Positions 9,040 through 17,065 of a stretch of 64,000 nucleotides of DNA are shown here, one piece after another. Each line of letters begins with the position of its first letter. The stretch's first letter is position 1. A program made the translations under genes and the position numbers. Source of the DNA: a virus; the IMG/VR virus record IMGVR_UViG_3300032893_000021, positions 25,287 to 89,286 of that record; one strand, given 5' to 3'. Under the pieces are notes generated by a model, which worked only from the letters and a program-made list of their open reading frames with translations, was not told the origin of the DNA and ran no database searches.

Positions 9040-9446
9040 AGATCCTATGGCACCCGACCTGCGGCGGGGTCGTCGCGCCGCCCGAGGACGGCGCCTGGGC
9101 CCTCTGCCGCTGCGGCAACAGCGCCATCCGGCTGGTCGACCGGACCCGCGTGGTCGCCGAGGCCGCCTCCCGAGACGGCTCGCGGGACGCCCGCATCATC
9201 GGCCTCCACAACGGGTACCTCAACGCCGGGGTCGGGGAGGCCCTCTCGGACCTGTCCTGGAGGACACGCTGGGCGCTCGCCCGCTCGATCACGCCAGACC
9301 ACTACTTGTACGCCAGGCGGGAGAGCCCGCTCGTCGTCTTCGAGCCCGGCGAGACGTACGACTCGTCGTGGAGCGAGTGGCCCGAGCCTGTCGCCCTGGG
9401 CCCACTGTTCTTTCCGTCGGATCCGGGCCGCGGACGAGTCCCTTGA
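9036..9446 (+). CDS. hypothetical protein
   Basis: GAGGAGGAG SD; CRCG and GLHN motifs; coupled on both sides. Confidence 0.55.
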   Translation: MKILWHPTCGGVVAPPEDGAWALCRCGNSAIRLVDRTRVVAEAASRDGSRDARIIGLHNGYLNAGVGEALSDLSWRTRWALARSITPDHYLYARRESPLVVFEPGETYDSSWSEWPEPVALGPLFFPSDPGRGRVP

Positions 9447-10117
9447 TCTCCTCCTACGCCGTCGCCACGCCCAGCCGCGGGCTGATCCACTCGCGGACGG
9501 TCGAGGCAGTGGCGCGCGAGTCGGCCGACACGCCCGGCTTCACGGGATGGGCGATCACGCACGACCTGCCGATACCGCTCGCCCACGAGCAGGCCGTCGC
9601 CTCGGCGATCGGGCGCTGGCTCCCGGAGGCGGTCATCATGGTCGAGGAGGACGTGATCCCGCCCGAGGGCTCGTTCGGGGCGCTGCTCCTCGCACTCGAG
9701 GCGGGGGCCGACGTCGCCGGTGTCGACTACCCGGTCGGAGAGGACTGGGGCTGCGCGGTCCGCGACGAGGCAGGGGCGGTCCTATGGGTCGGGACCGGCC
9801 TGGCGGCCCTGTCCGTCCCCGCCCTCGAGCGCCTAGAGCGGCCGTGGTTCAGGACGGACCGCCGCTGGCTCAGGGGCCCCGACGGCGGCTGGCACGACGT
9901 CCCGGCGGCGCCCGACGAGCGCGACCGCTTCGGCCAGCAGGACATAGAGCTCTGCCGCCGGGTCCGCGAGGCGGGCGGCCGCGTCTCGGTCGTCCCCGGG
10001 ATGACGGCCGCCCACGCCCAGGTCCGCGGGATGGGGCGCCAGGGCTCCAACGTCGGCTGGCACGACGTCCGCCTCAGGACCGAGATCCGCGAGCAGTACC
10101 CGGGGGACCGCGGATAG
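9443..10117 (+). CDS. GT-A-like glycosyltransferase (ExD variant)
   Basis: VATPSRG, MVEEDVIPP, VGTGLA, LERPWF, GQQDIELCRRVREAG; TTG start overlapping upstream stop. Confidence 0.7.
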   Translation: MISSYAVATPSRGLIHSRTVEAVARESADTPGFTGWAITHDLPIPLAHEQAVASAIGRWLPEAVIMVEEDVIPPEGSFGALLLALEAGADVAGVDYPVGEDWGCAVRDEAGAVLWVGTGLAALSVPALERLERPWFRTDRRWLRGPDGGWHDVPAAPDERDRFGQQDIELCRRVREAGGRVSVVPGMTAAHAQVRGMGRQGSNVGWHDVRLRTEIREQYPGDRG

Positions 10118-10186
10118 GCTGTACGCGCGCCCCCCGCCCGCGCTAGGCTCTGGCGCGACAGGCACCTGGGCGCGAGGAGGCTGGTA

Positions 10187-12802
10187 CTGGCGACGCGGGC
10201 CGGTAGGGGCGACGACATCGAGTACGGCTGGGTCCCGATCGTCAAGGTCGAGCGGGACCCGCTCGACCCGTCGGTCAGGATCGTCTACGGGAAGGTGACC
10301 GACGGGACGGTGGACTCGGACGAGCAGATCGTCGACCCCGAGTACGCCCGGAAGGCGATGGCCGACTGGTACGAGACGGCCGCGAACGTCCGACAGATGC
10401 ACAGCACGAACCTGCCACCGGCGGGCAAGGGCATCATGCTTGAGCACCGCGACGGGGACGGGGCCGAGGGCGGCGAGTGGGTCCGGTCCCGCGTCGTCGA
10501 GCCGACCGCGGTCAAGCTCTGCGACGAGGGGGTGTACGGCGGCTACTCCGTCGGGATCGCCCGGCCCCGGATCGTCCGTGACGCCCGGGCCCGCGGCGGG
10601 CGCATCGTAGGCGGGCGCATCGTCGAGATCAGCCTGGTCGACCGGCCCGCCAACTACAACGCCAAGTTCGCCCTGGCGAAGGCCGACCGGTCCGGCAGGA
10701 TGGCCTACGTCGGGAAGGTCGTCTCGCTCCGGCCCGCCGAGGTGGACCCGGCGCCGCGCGCGCCGCGCATCCGCGAGGGCTCGGTCATCAAGATCACCGA
10801 GGCCGACGGCTCAGTCGCCACGGGGCGCGTCGTCACGGCCGGGGCGCGCTGGGCGCGCATCGACACGCTCGGCTACGGCGGGACCGGGATCGAGCTAGTG
10901 GACCGGCGGGGCGCGAGCGTCGAGAAGTACAGCGACTCACAGGAGCGCGACGACCACGGGCGCTGGTCCGGAGGTGGCTCGGGCGAGGGCACCCGGTCAT
11001 GGCAGGACAGGGTCCCACCGGCCCACCAAGGGCGCGAGGGGCACGATGTCCACCTCGTCCTCAACGGCGGGGCCAACGTTCGCGGCACGGTGTCGTCGGT
11101 GACGCCCGACAAGACAGTCTTCCGGACGGGAGCCACGACGGCCGGGTCGAGCCCCGGCATGAGGACGAACGGGGATCCCCCCCAGACGTACGTCGACCAC
11201 TCGGAAGTGGCCCAGATCAAGGACTACACGACCAACGAGCGCGTGAGCCCGAACAACATCGTACTCGGCACAGTCAAGGCGCAGGCGGGGCCTAATCCGG
11301 CCGACATGGAGGACTCTGTGGCAGACGACGCGGACACCACCAAGGGGGCCGACCTCGCGTCTGCCGCCGAGAACATCGCCGACGCGGCGGACGACCTCAA
11401 GGACGCGGCCGGGGACCTCGGCGACACGGCCGGTGGGGACGACTCGGACGACGGGGACGACTCGGACGCCGACAAGGCGGCCAAGGGCAAGGTCCCGCCC
11501 CAGTTCCTGGAGCACCAGAAGCCGAAGGCTGGCGCCGACGCACCGGCCGACGGCGCTGCGGACGACGACTCCGCCGACAAGGCCGCGGGCCGCAAGTGCC
11601 CGTCCTGCGGCGGGATGTTCGGCGACTCGGACAAGTGCGTGAAGTGCGGCAAGGCCTGGACGACCGACGGCACCGACGACGCCGAGAAGGCCGAGCGCAA
11701 GGCGGCCAAGGCCGCGCGCAAGGCCGCCAAGGCCGCGGCGGCCAAGATCGTCGCGGCGCCCGGCGACGGCGAGGAGGTCTCCTACCTCGTCCGGCGCGCG
11801 CACGACGTCACCTGCGGAGCATACGGGACGGACGCGCTGGCGGCCGCCTACCCGTCCGTCGAGAAGAGGCTCGGGGACGCGCTCGGCGCGTCCGCCCGCG
11901 ACGCGGCCTACGCGGCCCTCGCGTCCGAGGTCCGGGAGGGCGGGACGCCAGCGGGCATCGTGGCGCTCGGCAAGGCCATCTCCGCCCTCGACGCCCTGTC
12001 GGGGCACGCCGAGGCGCTCGCCGCGGCCCGCGAGGGCCTCGTCGAGGCGTTCCGCGCGGCCAACAAGGACGCCGCCGAGCCGGTCGGGCTCCCGAGCCCG
12101 TCCGAGACGATCACGCCCGGCCAGTTCCGGCGCGGCTACATCTCGGAGGGCCACCAGGACCAGGGCGGCACGGGCCACCCGCACGCGACGATCCCGTCTG
12201 CCACCCACCCGCTGGACCCCGCCTCGATCGACCGCGGTCCGCTGACGGACGGGCACCAGCGCTACCTGGCCTCCAAGATGGCCGAGGTCCACGACGGCCT
12301 CGCCGACTGGAGGCCCGAGCTCTGCCTGATGGACGCCGGTGGCTCGAACGCCTTCGACCGGCAGCCGTACCCGTCGCCGTCCCAGAGGCCGCCCGCCCTG
12401 CCGTCGATCCCCAACCGGTCGGCGGACTCCGGCCCCGTCCCCGTGGTCGCCGTCCCGGCCGCGGCGCCCGTCGCCAAGACGTACACCCCCGAGGAGTTCG
12501 AGGCGGCCCTCTCGAAGGCCACCGCGCCCCTCGCCACCAAGATTGCCAACCTGGAGCAGGCGTACGAGGACCTCGCGTCCTCGCCTGACACGACGGCCGC
12601 CGCCCCGCGCGGGCTCCGGCAGCCGTCGGCCTCGGACAAGCTGGCCACCGCAGACGCCGCCAAGGCCGCGCGCAAGGCGCGGAAGGCGGAGAAGCGCTCG
12701 CGGCGCGCCGGTTTCTACGAGGACCTGGCAGGCTCCTCCGACCCCGTCACCCGGAACCGAGCGGTCGACTGGCTCGCCCGCCACGGCCGGTCCATCAACT
12801 GA
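10187..12802 (+). CDS. prohead maturation protease fused to cargo-like domains and scaffold
   Basis: VDSDEQIVD, NVRQMH, GGYSVGI, IVEISLVDRPAN (HK97/XkdF-like serine protease); acidic and Lys-Ala-rich scaffold; probable CTG start 6 nt after GAGGAGG. Confidence 0.85.
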   Translation: MATRAGRGDDIEYGWVPIVKVERDPLDPSVRIVYGKVTDGTVDSDEQIVDPEYARKAMADWYETAANVRQMHSTNLPPAGKGIMLEHRDGDGAEGGEWVRSRVVEPTAVKLCDEGVYGGYSVGIARPRIVRDARARGGRIVGGRIVEISLVDRPANYNAKFALAKADRSGRMAYVGKVVSLRPAEVDPAPRAPRIREGSVIKITEADGSVATGRVVTAGARWARIDTLGYGGTGIELVDRRGASVEKYSDSQERDDHGRWSGGGSGEGTRSWQDRVPPAHQGREGHDVHLVLNGGANVRGTVSSVTPDKTVFRTGATTAGSSPGMRTNGDPPQTYVDHSEVAQIKDYTTNERVSPNNIVLGTVKAQAGPNPADMEDSVADDADTTKGADLASAAENIADAADDLKDAAGDLGDTAGGDDSDDGDDSDADKAAKGKVPPQFLEHQKPKAGADAPADGAADDDSADKAAGRKCPSCGGMFGDSDKCVKCGKAWTTDGTDDAEKAERKAAKAARKAAKAAAAKIVAAPGDGEEVSYLVRRAHDVTCGAYGTDALAAAYPSVEKRLGDALGASARDAAYAALASEVREGGTPAGIVALGKAISALDALSGHAEALAAAREGLVEAFRAANKDAAEPVGLPSPSETITPGQFRRGYISEGHQDQGGTGHPHATIPSATHPLDPASIDRGPLTDGHQRYLASKMAEVHDGLADWRPELCLMDAGGSNAFDRQPYPSPSQRPPALPSIPNRSADSGPVPVVAVPAAAPVAKTYTPEEFEAALSKATAPLATKIANLEQAYEDLASSPDTTAAAPRGLRQPSASDKLATADAAKAARKARKAEKRSRRAGFYEDLAGSSDPVTRNRAVDWLARHGRSIN

Positions 12803-12828
12803 CGCATCCCCACAGGGGAGGAGAGTTT

Positions 12829-14622
12829 CTGGCAACCCTGTTCAGGGCGGGCGACTTCCGCCCGTCGTCCGGCAAGGCCCGGACCGAGCTGGCGACCCAG
12901 GCCGCCGAGCTCGTCAAGGGCGAGGGGTACGCCCGCGTCGGCGGCAACAGGCCGCTGCGGAGCACCTCGAAGATCATGGACCACGGCATGCGCCTCGCGA
13001 AGGCCATGCGGAGGGTGTCCGAGCGCTCCCGCCGGGACGGCGCCGACGCCTTCAAGTCGATGAACCCGTCGTTCATCACCGAGTTCGGCCGCTTCTACGC
13101 CGCCCAGCCGCAGCAGCAGGCGATGACCCAGCTGTTCGCCGCGGTCCAGGAGCTGGCCGCCTCCGTCGGCAAGACGATCTCGCTCTCGTCGCCGCTCTCG
13201 ACGGGCCTCGTCCCGTACGACCTCGTGGCCCCGAGCCGCCTGATCTACCCGGTCTACTCGCCCCTCCGCAACAAGCTCCCCAGGACCCAGGGCCAGGGCA
13301 CGTCCCGCCGGGTCAAGGTGTTCACCGGCATCTCGGGCTCGCACACAGGCGGCCAGTCCGTCCTGCGCTGGTCCATCCCGGAGTTCCCGGGCGGCGGCGG
13401 GCTCGCCGCGACGAACTGGCCCAACCAGCTCCCGGCCGCGGGCTCCCAGCACGCCGAGGACGTCACGATCCCGTACAAGTTCTTCGGGATCACCGAGGCC
13501 CTCTCGTGGCTCGCCCAGTTCAGCGGCCAGGGCTTCGAGGACATCTCGGCGCTCGCGAACCTGATCCTGCTGCAGGAGGCCATGCTCGCGGAGGAGCACA
13601 CGATCCTCCAGGCGAAGATCGACAACGTCTCGGCCCCGTCCGCGCCCACCGTCGCTGCCCGCACCGCGGCCACCGGCGAGACGGCCCTGTCGGGCGTCAC
13701 CACGGCGGTCTACGTCAAGGTGACGGCCACCACGTTCTTCGGCGAGTCCCTGCCGTCCTCGGCGGGCACGGCGAACTGGTCGGCCGGTCAGGTCTGCGAC
13801 GTCACGATCGTCCCGACCGCGGGCGCGGCCCAGTACAACATCTACGTCACGACCGGCACGGCCGCCGGGACGTACTACCTGATGGCCTCCGGCGTCGGCG
13901 GCCACAAGTACACCCTGCAGGGGGCGCTCCCGACGGGCGGCACCCAGCCCCCGACGGCCGACTCCGGAACCGGCAACTCCAACGACTACGACGGCCTGTT
14001 CCCGATCCTCGACGGGTCGACCCACACGGGCTCCTACCCGGCGTCCGGCTACAAGGCCGGGTACATCAACCAGTCCGTCGGCAGCCAGCTGACGATCGCC
14101 GTCCTCGCCGACATGTGGCGCGGCCTCTGGGACAACACGGCGTCGAACAACGCCTCGGACTCCGGCGGCTTCCGGGCCGACCCGGCCGAGCTGCTCGTCG
14201 AGGGCACCGACTCGGCGAACTTCGCCGAGAACATCCTCGCGCAGTCCTCGGGCGGCCAGCAGGCGTACCAGATCCGCATCGACATGGACGACGTCGGGAA
14301 CATCCGCGCTGGCGCCGCGGTCTCCCAGATCCAGAACCCGATCACGCGGTCGATGGTCGCCCTCGTCACCCACCCGTACATGCAGCAGGGCAACGCGCTG
14401 GCGCTGACCTACCAGCTGCCCCAGTCGTTCTCCAACGTCGGCAACGCCTGGGAGGTCACGAACGTCCAGGACTACGTCAGCATCAGCTGGCCGGTCATCG
14501 ACGTCACGTTCCGGTACTCGCTCTTCCAGTACGGCGCCCTCGTCGGCATCGCCCCGCAGTTCTCCGGCCGCCTCGGCGGCATCCAGAAGTCGGGCGACTC
14601 CACGAACGGCAACTGGGCCTAG
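12829..14622 (+). CDS. major capsid protein with inserted FN3/Ig-like domain
   Basis: Follows the protease; GLVPYDLVAPSRLIYPVYSPLRNKLPR, AEEHTIL, YDGL, THPYMQQG; probable CTG start after GGGGAGGAG. Confidence 0.85.
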   Translation: MATLFRAGDFRPSSGKARTELATQAAELVKGEGYARVGGNRPLRSTSKIMDHGMRLAKAMRRVSERSRRDGADAFKSMNPSFITEFGRFYAAQPQQQAMTQLFAAVQELAASVGKTISLSSPLSTGLVPYDLVAPSRLIYPVYSPLRNKLPRTQGQGTSRRVKVFTGISGSHTGGQSVLRWSIPEFPGGGGLAATNWPNQLPAAGSQHAEDVTIPYKFFGITEALSWLAQFSGQGFEDISALANLILLQEAMLAEEHTILQAKIDNVSAPSAPTVAARTAATGETALSGVTTAVYVKVTATTFFGESLPSSAGTANWSAGQVCDVTIVPTAGAAQYNIYVTTGTAAGTYYLMASGVGGHKYTLQGALPTGGTQPPTADSGTGNSNDYDGLFPILDGSTHTGSYPASGYKAGYINQSVGSQLTIAVLADMWRGLWDNTASNNASDSGGFRADPAELLVEGTDSANFAENILAQSSGGQQAYQIRIDMDDVGNIRAGAAVSQIQNPITRSMVALVTHPYMQQGNALALTYQLPQSFSNVGNAWEVTNVQDYVSISWPVIDVTFRYSLFQYGALVGIAPQFSGRLGGIQKSGDSTNGNWA

Positions 14623-14630
14623 CACTTCAC

Positions 14631-14668
14631 GCGGGGCGGGCGGTGCTCTCCCTCACCGCCCGCCCCGC
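14631..14668 (+). terminator. hairpin after capsid gene (terminator or mRNA stabiliser)
   Basis: Perfect 15-bp stem GCGGGGCGGGCGGTG/CACCGCCCGCCCCGC with 8-nt loop; no U-tract. Confidence 0.6.
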
Positions 14669-14689
14669 CGGGACCATAGGAGGCGCAAC

Positions 14690-14992
14690 GTGCCCTTGTT
14701 CCAGCTCCTCGGGGGCGCCCGGGGCCTCGACATGCCCGACGGGTCGTCCGTCCAGGCCGACAGGCATGGGCGGGTGGTCGTGCAGGACGAGGCGGCGGCG
14801 TCCATCCGCGGGAGCGCGGCCATGAGGCGCTACGACGCCATCGTCGAGATCGCTCCGGCGCGCTACTCCGCCGGGGCGGTCGACGGCCGGGAGTGCCCGT
14901 CCTGCGGGCGCTCGTGCTGGCCCTGGACAACCGAGTGCGGCAGGTGCGGCTCCGCCCTGGCGCCAAGCGACGGAGGCTCATTGAGGACATGA
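14690..14992 (+). CDS. small protein with C-terminal Zn ribbon
   Basis: AGGAGG SD; MPDG..V...GRVVV; CPSCG...W...CGRCG; paralog of 28641-28916. Confidence 0.7.
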   Translation: MPLFQLLGGARGLDMPDGSSVQADRHGRVVVQDEAAASIRGSAAMRRYDAIVEIAPARYSAGAVDGRECPSCGRSCWPWTTECGRCGSALAPSDGGSLRT

Positions 14993-15339
14993 CCGTCTAC
15001 CTCCAGCACACCTTCTACAGCATCGGCATCCCCGAGACGGGGCACGTGCACAACCGGAACGCGCCGCCCGAGGACGAGACGCCGACGGCGATCGACTGCG
15101 ATCTGTGCGAGCCGTACCTCGTCAAGAACGCCGGTGCCGTGTACGACACCCGCCTCCTGCCGCCGACGCAGGCCCAGGCCGAGCGCGCCGAGCGCGAGTC
15201 CGGCCAGGGCAGCACGGCGGCCGAGATCGGGGAGCGGATCGCCGAGGCGCTGGAGGGCCGCCCCGCGCGGCGCGGTCGCAAGGACAAGGCCGCGGCGGCG
15301 GACGGGCCGGAGGTCCGTGTCGTCGTCGACGGGGGCTGA
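14989..15339 (+). CDS. hypothetical head-associated protein
   Basis: ATGA overlap; GHVH...CDLCEPYL. Confidence 0.6.
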   Translation: MTVYLQHTFYSIGIPETGHVHNRNAPPEDETPTAIDCDLCEPYLVKNAGAVYDTRLLPPTQAQAERAERESGQGSTAAEIGERIAEALEGRPARRGRKDKAAAADGPEVRVVVDGG

Positions 15340-15345
15340 CCAGGG

Positions 15346-15537
15346 ATGGGGCGGCCGAAGCGGCTATGCCGCCTCTGCGCCCGCCCGGGCCAGTACACGG
15401 TAGAGAACTGCTCGGACTGCGGGCACCCGCACTGCAGCGAGCACATAGTCTGGACGGGCGACCGATGGCGATGCCGGAGGTGCGCCCGCCGGGCGACCGG
15501 TCGGGGCAACCAGGCCGGGGAGGCGGCGGAGGCGTAG
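15346..15537 (+). CDS. small Cys-rich Zn-finger protein
   Basis: CRLC, CSDC..HCSEH, CRRC. Confidence 0.55.
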   Translation: MGRPKRLCRLCARPGQYTVENCSDCGHPHCSEHIVWTGDRWRCRRCARRATGRGNQAGEAAEA

Positions 15538-15538
15538 G

Positions 15539-15658
15539 GTGGCGAAGGGCACGGTCAGTCCCAAGGGCGACCTCGGGATCGCGGTGCGCCGCGCCGAGCC
15601 GTCGCCGGTCCGGCGCCTCGCCGACGCCATCGCATCTCTCTTGAGGAGGACTTCCTGA
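15539..15658 (+). CDS. short ORF, possibly the separated N-terminus of the next structural protein
   Basis: GTG after GGAGG; MAKGTVSPKGDLGIAVRRA...; stop overlaps the next CTG (CTGA). Confidence 0.4.
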   Translation: MAKGTVSPKGDLGIAVRRAEPSPVRRLADAIASLLRRTS

Positions 15659-16524
15659 CCAGCATCCCGTCCATCCGCATCCCGCTCCTGGGCGGGAGGC
15701 TCGCCTACCTCGCGCGGCGCGAGGACGCCGCGATCACGGCCCAGCAGCTGTTCGCGACGCGCCTCTACGCGCTCCACCGCGACCGGCACGGGCACGTCAT
15801 CTCCGACAACCGCGACGACTTCGACCTCCTCCGCGGTCTGGGCTACGACCTCGGCTCCGGGGCGGTGACGAACGTCGGGGTCATGGCGATGGCCAACGAC
15901 TATGCGTGGTCGGCCCAGCTGAACCTGTCGACGATCGGCCTCGCCAACTACCACGCCTGGGGCACGAACGCGACCGCCGCCGCCGCGACCGACATCGCGC
16001 TCGGCACGCTCGCCGCGCCGACGACGACCACCGCCGTGACCGGGACGGCGTCGAACGTCTCGACGGCCAACTCCCAGCAGTACCGCACCGTCGCGACGAT
16101 CTCGGCTGGCGGCTCCCTTGCCATCACCGAGTGGGGCGTCCACTCCCTCGCGACCCTGACCTCGTCCACGGGCACCCCGTTCACGGCCACGTCGGCCACG
16201 ACATGGACGGACACGGGCTCCGCCCAGACCGCGTCCTCCGCGACCGTCCGCGGCCTCCAGCAGACCATCGTCAAGCCGGGCACCACGACCGTCTGGGGCC
16301 TGAACCTCTCGAACACGACCCACATCGGCACGCTCGCCGTCGGGGCGCTCGCGTCGGGCTGGTTCAAGGTCGCGGACGGCACGGGCGGCTCGACCCCGGG
16401 CGCCACCGAGGCGTTCACGATCCTGCCGGTCATGCTCGACCACAAGCAGTTCTCGGCGATCAACGTCATCAACGGCGACTCCATCCAGTTCACCTACACC
16501 CTGACGCTGAACTCCGGCGGGTAG
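15655..16524 (+). CDS. virion structural protein (fibre-base-like)
   Basis: VTNVGV, YHAWGT..TAAAATDIAL, AITEWGV, LDHKQFSAINVINGDSIQFTYTLT; Thr-rich; probable CTG start after GAGGAGGA. Confidence 0.7.
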   Translation: MTSIPSIRIPLLGGRLAYLARREDAAITAQQLFATRLYALHRDRHGHVISDNRDDFDLLRGLGYDLGSGAVTNVGVMAMANDYAWSAQLNLSTIGLANYHAWGTNATAAAATDIALGTLAAPTTTTAVTGTASNVSTANSQQYRTVATISAGGSLAITEWGVHSLATLTSSTGTPFTATSATTWTDTGSAQTASSATVRGLQQTIVKPGTTTVWGLNLSNTTHIGTLAVGALASGWFKVADGTGGSTPGATEAFTILPVMLDHKQFSAINVINGDSIQFTYTLTLNSGG

Positions 16525-16598
16525 CCCCGTCCGGGGGGGGAGCGCGAGCCGGGGGCGGGCGCCCGCGGGGCCCCGCCCCCACAGCGATCGAGGTGTAG

Positions 16599-17063
16599 GT
16601 GGCGAACAACGTCAAGATTCCCGCGACGGGCTCAGGCGACGCCACCCCGACGATCGCGTCCGAGGGGATCGGCTCGACGCCGGTCGTCCAGTACCAGCAG
16701 ATGAAGCTGGTCGACGGGACGGTCGGATCGACCACGCCCGTCGACGCGGGCCCCGGCGCCCCCGCCAACGGCCTCCGCGTCGTCGACGCCACGTCGTCGA
16801 CCCCGACCTCCACCAACGTGTCGGGAACCACGACATCCACGACCCTGCTCGCGGCGAACGCGAGCCGGGCGGGCGCGACGTTCTTCAACGACTCGACGGC
16901 CACCCTGTACCTCCTGCTCGGCTCCGGCACGGCCTCGGCGACCAGCTTCACGGTCAAGATCGCCTCGGGCGGGTACTACGAGCTGCCCTACGAGTACGAG
17001 GGCCAGGTGGTCGGCGTCTGGAGCGCGGCGGCCGGGGCGGTCCGGATCACCGAGCTCGTCTGA
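16599..17063 (+). CDS. virion structural protein
   Basis: QYQQMKLVDG; LLAANASRAGATFFNDS...YYELP...GVW. Confidence 0.65.
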   Translation: MANNVKIPATGSGDATPTIASEGIGSTPVVQYQQMKLVDGTVGSTTPVDAGPGAPANGLRVVDATSSTPTSTNVSGTTTSTTLLAANASRAGATFFNDSTATLYLLLGSGTASATSFTVKIASGGYYELPYEYEGQVVGVWSAAAGAVRITELV

Positions 17064-17065
17064 CG

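Noticed and set aside
16525-16585. G/C-run hairpin after 16524 as a special element
   Set aside because: Short GC-only stem without U-tract; such pairings arise easily at this composition
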